Assembly: GCA_965221125.1 (NCBI GenBank)
Contig: CBDCRW010000006.1
Coordinates: 128,001 to 192,000 of the forward strand
Length of the DNA stretch: 64,000 bases
Reading direction: 5' to 3'
Origin: Alphaproteobacteria bacterium
GTDB lineage: Bacteria; Pseudomonadota; Alphaproteobacteria; UBA828
Below the pieces are notes generated by a model that worked only from the letters and a program-made list of their open reading frames with translations, ran no database searches and was not told the DNA's origin. Positions 59,801 through 64,000 of this stretch are shown here, in pieces. Within the stretch, counting starts at the first letter, position 1, and every line of letters begins with the position of its first letter. The translations under genes and the position numbers were made by a program.

Positions 59801-61646
59801 CCTACCGGGCTACCGGGACACGATGGCGCAGGCTGCTGCGCTCGCGCAGATCGAGGACCTGCCGGAGGACATGCGCCGCCTCACCGATACCATGCTGGCG
59901 CAACACGAGGGGCATCTCGCGCATGACCGCGAGGTGCAGGGCCTCGTCGAGGGCATGCGGGACCATTGGCGGCGCTGGCCGGAGCTGGGCTGGGCGGCCT
60001 CTGCGCAGGAAGTGCCGGTGGAGGAGCTTCCCGCACACGCTGCCTGGCGCGAGGAAGGGGCGGCGCTTCTGCAGGCAGGCCGGAGCCTGCTGGAGACGGA
60101 GGGCGAGGCGGCCCACCGCGTGGCGGCACATCGCGATGTGGCCCGCCACCTCCATGCCATGCCGGGCGGGCGCGCCGGCCTGGAAGACGCTGTTGGGATG
60201 CTCGAGCGCACGCGCCTCCTCGACGATTCCGGACGGTTCGAGAGAGCTTGGCACGCGCTTCGCGAGCGGGCGGCTGAGAGCGTCGTCCCGGAGATTTACG
60301 CGCCGGGCTACCGGCAGGTGGCGGCGCTTGGCCGAGAGCTTGCGGTCGCCGAGGGGCTCGATGCGCACGCGCGGCGCACGGTGGCGGAATGGCGGGAGAT
60401 CGATACGGCGCAGACGGCGCTTGCGGACGAGGTGCGCACCCTGCCCGGCAGTATCGCGGCGTGGCAGGCGGCGGTCCCGCCGCAGGACGAGCCCGGCGGG
60501 CTCGATCCGGACCATCCCGCGCGGCAGTCCTGGCGCGAGGAAGGCGCCACACTGGAGGCCATGGCCGGGGACATGCTGCGCCCGGAAGATGTCCATGCGC
60601 ACTACCTGGACGCCGTGCCGGGCAGGCGCGAGGCTGTCCGACAGGCGGCCGAGGAGGTCGCCGACGCGCTCCGGCACGACCGCTACCGAGCATTCGGGTG
60701 GCTGACGAACGAAGTGAACCGGCAGGCGCGAGAAACCCGGACCGAGGCGTTCCATGTGCCGCGCTACGGAGAGCTGGTCGCACAGGCCGAGGCGCTCTCC
60801 GCGCAGGCGGTGCTGCCGGCGCGCACGCAGGAAGCCGTCGCCTCATGGCTCGTCTATCACGCCAGGAGCGAACCGGACTGCCGGCAGATCCGGGATTGGC
60901 CCGCACGGCTGGACGCGCTGACGGCGGACTGCCCCGAGCGTCCCGCGACGCTGGACGCCCTGACCGGTTGGCGGCAGCAGGCGGAGCCCCTGCTCACCGA
61001 GGCCCGTGCGATGCTGGCAAACGATGCCCCTCATGCGCCCCATCTGGCCGCCTTACCGGCCGAGTGCAAGGCGTTGGCCGAGGGAACGGTCCGCCTCGAC
61101 CGCGCGCTGATCGAGGTCGAGGCGCGGGAGACGGACGTGCTGTCTTCGGTCGTGCAGCAATGGGCGGAGGAGACGGGCGGGATCGGCTTCGATAGTCGCG
61201 ACTATGCCGCGCTGATGGACAGGGCGCGTTCTCTCGATGCCAGGCCGCATCTGCCGGAGAGGCTGCGCGACAGGGTCGACGTCCTGCTCTTGAGGGACGA
61301 GCGCTGGGCGCATAACCGGGATCGGGTCGAGGCATTCCTTGCGCGGGCCGCGGAGGCCGAGCGCGCGCGGCAAGTCCTGACGCAGCAGCGCGTCACGACC
61401 GCGTCGTTCGAGGAGCGTCTGCAAGCCCGGCAGGACTGCCGGCAGAAGGAGAAGGAGGTTCTCGACGAAGCGGCGGCGCTCAGGAAGGACATGCCGAAGC
61501 ACGAGCTCGCCGCCCATCTGGCCGCCGCCGGTGTAGGCCCGGACACGGTCCAGAAGCGGGAAGAGGGGATCCGCAACAGGATCGCCCAGGAACAGGAAAG
61601 GCAGGCCGCCCTGCGAAGGAGCCGGGGCCGGGGAATGTCGATGTAG
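56835..61646 (+). CDS. MOBF relaxase-helicase (TrwC/TraI-like) with extended repetitive C-terminus
   Basis: YYERDGYY, DITLSAPKSVS, H..SR..DPQLHTH (HUH), FSGRR, GHAGSGKTT, VDEASM, GDTAQL, HAYCSTVHSAQGRT, terminal RSRGRGMSM. Confidence 0.95.
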   Translation: MVATVVELRSSAMAVTYYERDGYYAKNDPEHRQASFWYGDAAKALGLKAHVRPSRFESVLSGYVPGTDLRLGRMREGEHDHRPGWDITLSAPKSVSLEALVMGDRRVIRAHDEAVRATLGFVESDLLQTRGWDPATRRRPRVKAQGMVVAGFRHLASRDQDPQLHTHCVLANMTRNASGEWRSVEPTKIRRSEKLIGAYYRNELAQRLQTLGMAVSPTLVGRVPGFELAGYDRAFLDAFSGRRREILAYLEQKDLSYTAKHTQMAALHTRRRKEDKGLADLVPEWRERARALGLVREKTALTPSRPLDPVTGERVGLPRVPALDLPANEIRSLKRAPALPALPRQPRDDVAASAGVNSTPPRSPAPAELSQEPERGVLEAVARAVAHVAERRTAIPEAEIRAVALGHAPGRYTLAEVDGAIARLVSGGELIEAERRGMDRAFVTDRAVKAERQVLASMRTGRGKGAALAGADAVEARLGASRLTKGQREAVRTVLLSDDLTVGVQGHAGSGKTTMLREVKALLGDRTIQGLAPSAAAARVLARGASIPSRTLQYFLTRFNDLPAPARLARGREEYGGAVLAVDEASMIDTVRMEALLRIARDLDVARVALVGDTAQLRAVDAGQPFRLLQKAGMATATMDEVLRQRDPELRATVGRVREGEPGAAIAALGNRVREAPREELGIEAARRWLALAPEQRADTLILAPTHAIRRQANEAVREGLAEEGVLKGRTLAVDRLVNRRLTRALASDIQSYEPGDTIVFHRDVFGCRANDVCTVMGHDGGRVVLAHPDGERRFRPSGNAARYLGLYDTERIELRAGDLIRWTRNRKAPPARGRHPQAPNLVNGGEAEIVEIGYRRVRFREGGREFSLALADPQLRHLDHAYCSTVHSAQGRTARAAIAVLDAGGWVDRELFHVELSRVSEEFLLLTDDRDALIESMAYDRSEDGALEALGIDLSGPPVVDPEEFAALAADWRALLREGEATNTVPFLLPGYRDTMAQAAALAQIEDLPEDMRRLTDTMLAQHEGHLAHDREVQGLVEGMRDHWRRWPELGWAASAQEVPVEELPAHAAWREEGAALLQAGRSLLETEGEAAHRVAAHRDVARHLHAMPGGRAGLEDAVGMLERTRLLDDSGRFERAWHALRERAAESVVPEIYAPGYRQVAALGRELAVAEGLDAHARRTVAEWREIDTAQTALADEVRTLPGSIAAWQAAVPPQDEPGGLDPDHPARQSWREEGATLEAMAGDMLRPEDVHAHYLDAVPGRREAVRQAAEEVADALRHDRYRAFGWLTNEVNRQARETRTEAFHVPRYGELVAQAEALSAQAVLPARTQEAVASWLVYHARSEPDCRQIRDWPARLDALTADCPERPATLDALTGWRQQAEPLLTEARAMLANDAPHAPHLAALPAECKALAEGTVRLDRALIEVEARETDVLSSVVQQWAEETGGIGFDSRDYAALMDRARSLDARPHLPERLRDRVDVLLLRDERWAHNRDRVEAFLARAAEAERARQVLTQQRVTTASFEERLQARQDCRQKEKEVLDEAAALRKDMPKHELAAHLAAAGVGPDTVQKREEGIRNRIAQEQERQAALRRSRGRGMSM

Positions 61647-62103
61647 GCGCAGACCACCGCGTTCCTGCACGCCGCAGGGCGATGCTGTCGAGGCGGGACG
61701 CCGTTCTGGCGGAGCGGCGCGCGCAGCTCCACCCTCGAGACCACGGCGCGCGGGCTGGTGATCAGCATCCCACGATGAGCAAAGCCCCTTGGTGAACTTC
61801 GTGCAACGTCGCCGAGGTGCGGCCATCGCGCGGGCACTAGATGGCGGCGGGGCCGGAAACGGCGGCTGACCCGCCTCGCCGCCGCCAGCAGGCGCCGCGC
61901 CCCTCACCAGCGGAAGAGCGACCGCAGCATCACGCCGTGTTCGGCCTCGTTGTCGTTCGCGGCCTATTCGCTGGCCCCCATGCACTGTTTTTGGCCGGAA
62001 GCTCCATGGGGATGTGGCGGCCGGCTCTTTGGACGGGATAGCGTTCGTTGAGTACGGTCGCATTGCACTTCGGCTTCCGCCCGTAGGAAGAGGTAAGAGC
62101 TGA

Positions 62104-62501
62104 ATGATCAGAGTCGTGAGTTGGAATATCGCCAAGCGTTGGGACCCGTGGCTAGAGCTGTCGGAGATGGCGCGCCGGGGCGAGGTCGACGTCGCGCTGC
62201 TCCAGGAAGCTGGTAGCCCGCCCCAGGAACTGGTGCATGCGATTCAATTCGAGGACGACGTGCTATGGAGCCGGCACCTCTATGATCGGTGGCCGCTTGT
62301 CGTGCAGCTGTCCGATAGGGTCGAAGTCGAGGGGTTCCGACAGGTTCCGCCGATCAGCGAGTTGGGCGAGGGTGATATCGGCGTCAGCGGTATCGGGACA
62401 ATGGCTGTCGCGAACGTGACGCCGCTTGGTCGACCGGAGAAGGCATTCGTGGCCGCTTCAATGTATGCGCGCTGGATGAAGCCTCACCCATCCACCCGCA
62501 G
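62104..62501 (+). pseudogene. Endonuclease/exonuclease/phosphatase (EEP) family gene, N-terminal fragment
   Basis: MIRVVSWNI, DVALLQEA; GDxN and SDH motifs absent; frame runs into the transposon end and stops at 62523. Confidence 0.75.
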
Positions 62502-62876
62502 TGTTGTTTCGCACGTTATTTGACGCCGAATCTCCCAGATTATTTGACGTGATCGCTGCCCTGATTTCCCAGATTGCTCGGTCTTTTCCGGATCGAAGCG
62601 TAGGAGCTCATGGTCTCTGCGGGCGGTCCGGGGTCGCTGTCTGATTGAGGTTTGGACTGGTGCTTGAGGAGAGCTGACGAGGTGTCGCGCGGCCGTCGGC
62701 GCGTCAAGCGGCTGCGCCGCTCCTGCGCTTCGCTTCGGCCCTTCGGGTGACTCGCCACCGTCCACACGACGAAGTGCTGCCATGGCCTGAAGCAAGCTTC
62801 CGGCCACGGACTGGCCGCTCACCTGACGTAGTATCCCGGTGGAGGCGCAGCGCCTTCCGGACCGTTGGGGAAGGGT

Positions 62877-62938
62877 GGTTCCCGACGGCGGTTCCGGCTC
62901 GAACCCCTAGGCGTTGGCGGAACCGGGCTCCGGGAACC
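62877..62938. repeat. Nested inverted repeat over the ATPase stop codon
   Basis: GGTTCCCG..GGTTCCG..CCTAGG..CGGAACC..CGGGAACC, symmetric about 62907-62908. Confidence 0.75.
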
Positions 62939-63947
62939 GCGGGGCCTGCGGCCGACTGCTGCCGTTGGCGGCGGCGGCCGCCGCCCGCTTGTCCGCTGCG
63001 CCTGCGACGACGCTGTAGCCGCCCTCGGCGTTGCGCGCGACGCGACCCTCCTGGACGAGCTTTTGCAAGATTACGCCGACGGTCTTGTGCCGGGTCGCGG
63101 CGCGTTCCCGGATCTGGCGTTGCGAGAGCGGCGCCCCGGCGTCGGCGAGCGCCTTGAGAACGCGGCATTCGGGTGTTTCGGGCTGAGGCGCCCCGCCGCC
63201 GGCCGTGGGCGGCTGGCGCAGCCGGAAGGAGGGCTCCTCTCCGTCTTCCTTGAGCTCGATCTCGATGTCGTCGAGACCGCGTGCGGCGCGATGCTCGACG
63301 GTCATGAGGGTCTGCCGGTCCCGGCGGCGCAGGTAGAGGTTCGAGTCCCCCCAGGCGTGCAGCTCACTGCTGCCCCGCAGGGCCTGCCCCGGCCTCGTGG
63401 CCCCGCTCTTGCGGGCGTGGTGGACGAGGAGGACGGCGGTCTCGAAGCGGCGTTGCAGGTCGCGCAGGAAGCCGAGGATCGGGGCGACGTCCGCAACCGT
63501 GTTCTCGTCCACGCCGTGCAGGCGGACCAGGGGGTCGAGGACCACGAGGCGCGGTGCGATGCGCTCCACGGTCTGCTGCAGGCGGCGGCGGTCGTCGAGA
63601 TGGTCGAGGCGCAGTGTGGGCACGTCGATGACGGCGATGTCGAGGGTCTCGAAGCGGGCGCCTGCGGCGCGGGCGATCCCCTGCAGGCGCTTGCGCACGA
63701 GGTGGCCGGCGTCTTCTGCGGCGAACAGCAGGACCGGGCCAGGCCGGGCCGGGGCGAAGTGCCGCAGGCATGGGACGCCGGCGGCGACTGCGACCGCGAG
63801 GTCCAGCGCCAGGATGGACTTGCCGCACTTCGGCTCGCCGCCGACGATGCCGACGGCCTGCTCGCCCCATAGCGTGTCCACCAGCCATTGCTGCTCGCGC
63901 GGCCGCTCCTCCAGCTCGATCGGGGCGCGGGTCGGGAAGCCGGTCAT
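62907..63947 (-). CDS. RecA-fold AAA_25 / RepA-like (SF4-type) ATPase-helicase with C-terminal HTH-like region
   Basis: WLVDTLW, GGEPKCGKS, AAED, LVVLDPL, VHHARK, LRGSS. Confidence 0.85.
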   Translation of the reverse strand: MTGFPTRAPIELEERPREQQWLVDTLWGEQAVGIVGGEPKCGKSILALDLAVAVAAGVPCLRHFAPARPGPVLLFAAEDAGHLVRKRLQGIARAAGARFETLDIAVIDVPTLRLDHLDDRRRLQQTVERIAPRLVVLDPLVRLHGVDENTVADVAPILGFLRDLQRRFETAVLLVHHARKSGATRPGQALRGSSELHAWGDSNLYLRRRDRQTLMTVEHRAARGLDDIEIELKEDGEEPSFRLRQPPTAGGGAPQPETPECRVLKALADAGAPLSQRQIRERAATRHKTVGVILQKLVQEGRVARNAEGGYSVVAGAADKRAAAAAANGSSRPQAPRFPEPGSANA

Positions 63948-64000
63948 GGCCGCAGTTCCTCGAGCGCGTGCTGCAGGTGGTCGGCACTGACGGTCCTCGC
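63944..64000 (-). CDS. C-terminus of an upstream coupled gene (ExeA/TnsC-like ATPase possible)
   Basis: ARTVSADHLQHALEELRP-stop with ATGA overlap; only 18 residues visible. Confidence 0.4.
   Translation of the reverse strand, partial: ARTVSADHLQHALEELRP

Larger units (their letters stand above)
54281..64000. mobile_element. Integrated mobilisable/conjugative element, left part (MOBF relaxase module)
   Basis: Gene interruption at the left edge, change in base composition and codon usage, RHH genes plus relaxase; right end not in window. Confidence 0.75.
62502..64000 (-). mobile_element. Tn7/Mu/IS21-like DDE transposon, one end only
   Basis: Starts TGTTGTT; subsites TTTCGCACGTTATTTGACG (62507), TCTCCCAGATTATTTGACG (62531), TTTCCCAGATTGCTCGGTC (62565); truncates the EEP gene; transposase not in window. 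Confidence 0.65.

Noticed and set aside
61647-62103. Possible small gene or structured RNA after the relaxase
   Set aside because: No convincing ORF, RBS or recognisable RNA motif by eye.

Overview
A high-GC bacterial chromosomal segment, probably alphaproteobacterial (inferred from gene families and intergenic palindromes). Bases 1-54280 are mostly catabolic and transport genes. They include hemB, dtd, a molybdopterin oxidoreductase, a fused indolepyruvate oxidoreductase, one carbohydrate-type ABC transporter and a LIV-type ABC system with two membrane/ATPase sets. There is also a Rieske oxygenase plus NicX-like pair and a hydroxyproline module. An organosulfonate cluster comprises sauS-like, succinyl-CoA-ligase-like and citrate synthase genes converging on pta-xsc-tauCBA, with a divergent LacI gene and palindromic operators. 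Scattered accessory pieces are a partial AT-rich ABC/SMC-type ATPase at the left edge, an intact IS1380 beside two related small lipoprotein genes, and an orphan Mu gp27-like (DUF3486) gene beside a 7 x 10-bp tandem repeat. From 54281 to the end the DNA is mobile. An element appears to have integrated into a PhyH dioxygenase gene at its HxD-motif codon. It begins with a perfect 44-bp tandem duplication and carries three tandem ribbon-helix-helix paralogues and a MOBF relaxase-helicase with four long C-terminal repeats. Inside it, an EEP-family gene is cut by a 5'-TGT transposon end with three ~19-bp subsites; this second element carries a RepA-like helicase with an origin-like palindrome. No rRNA, tRNA or CRISPR array was seen. 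All product calls come from motif recognition by eye; no database searches were run.
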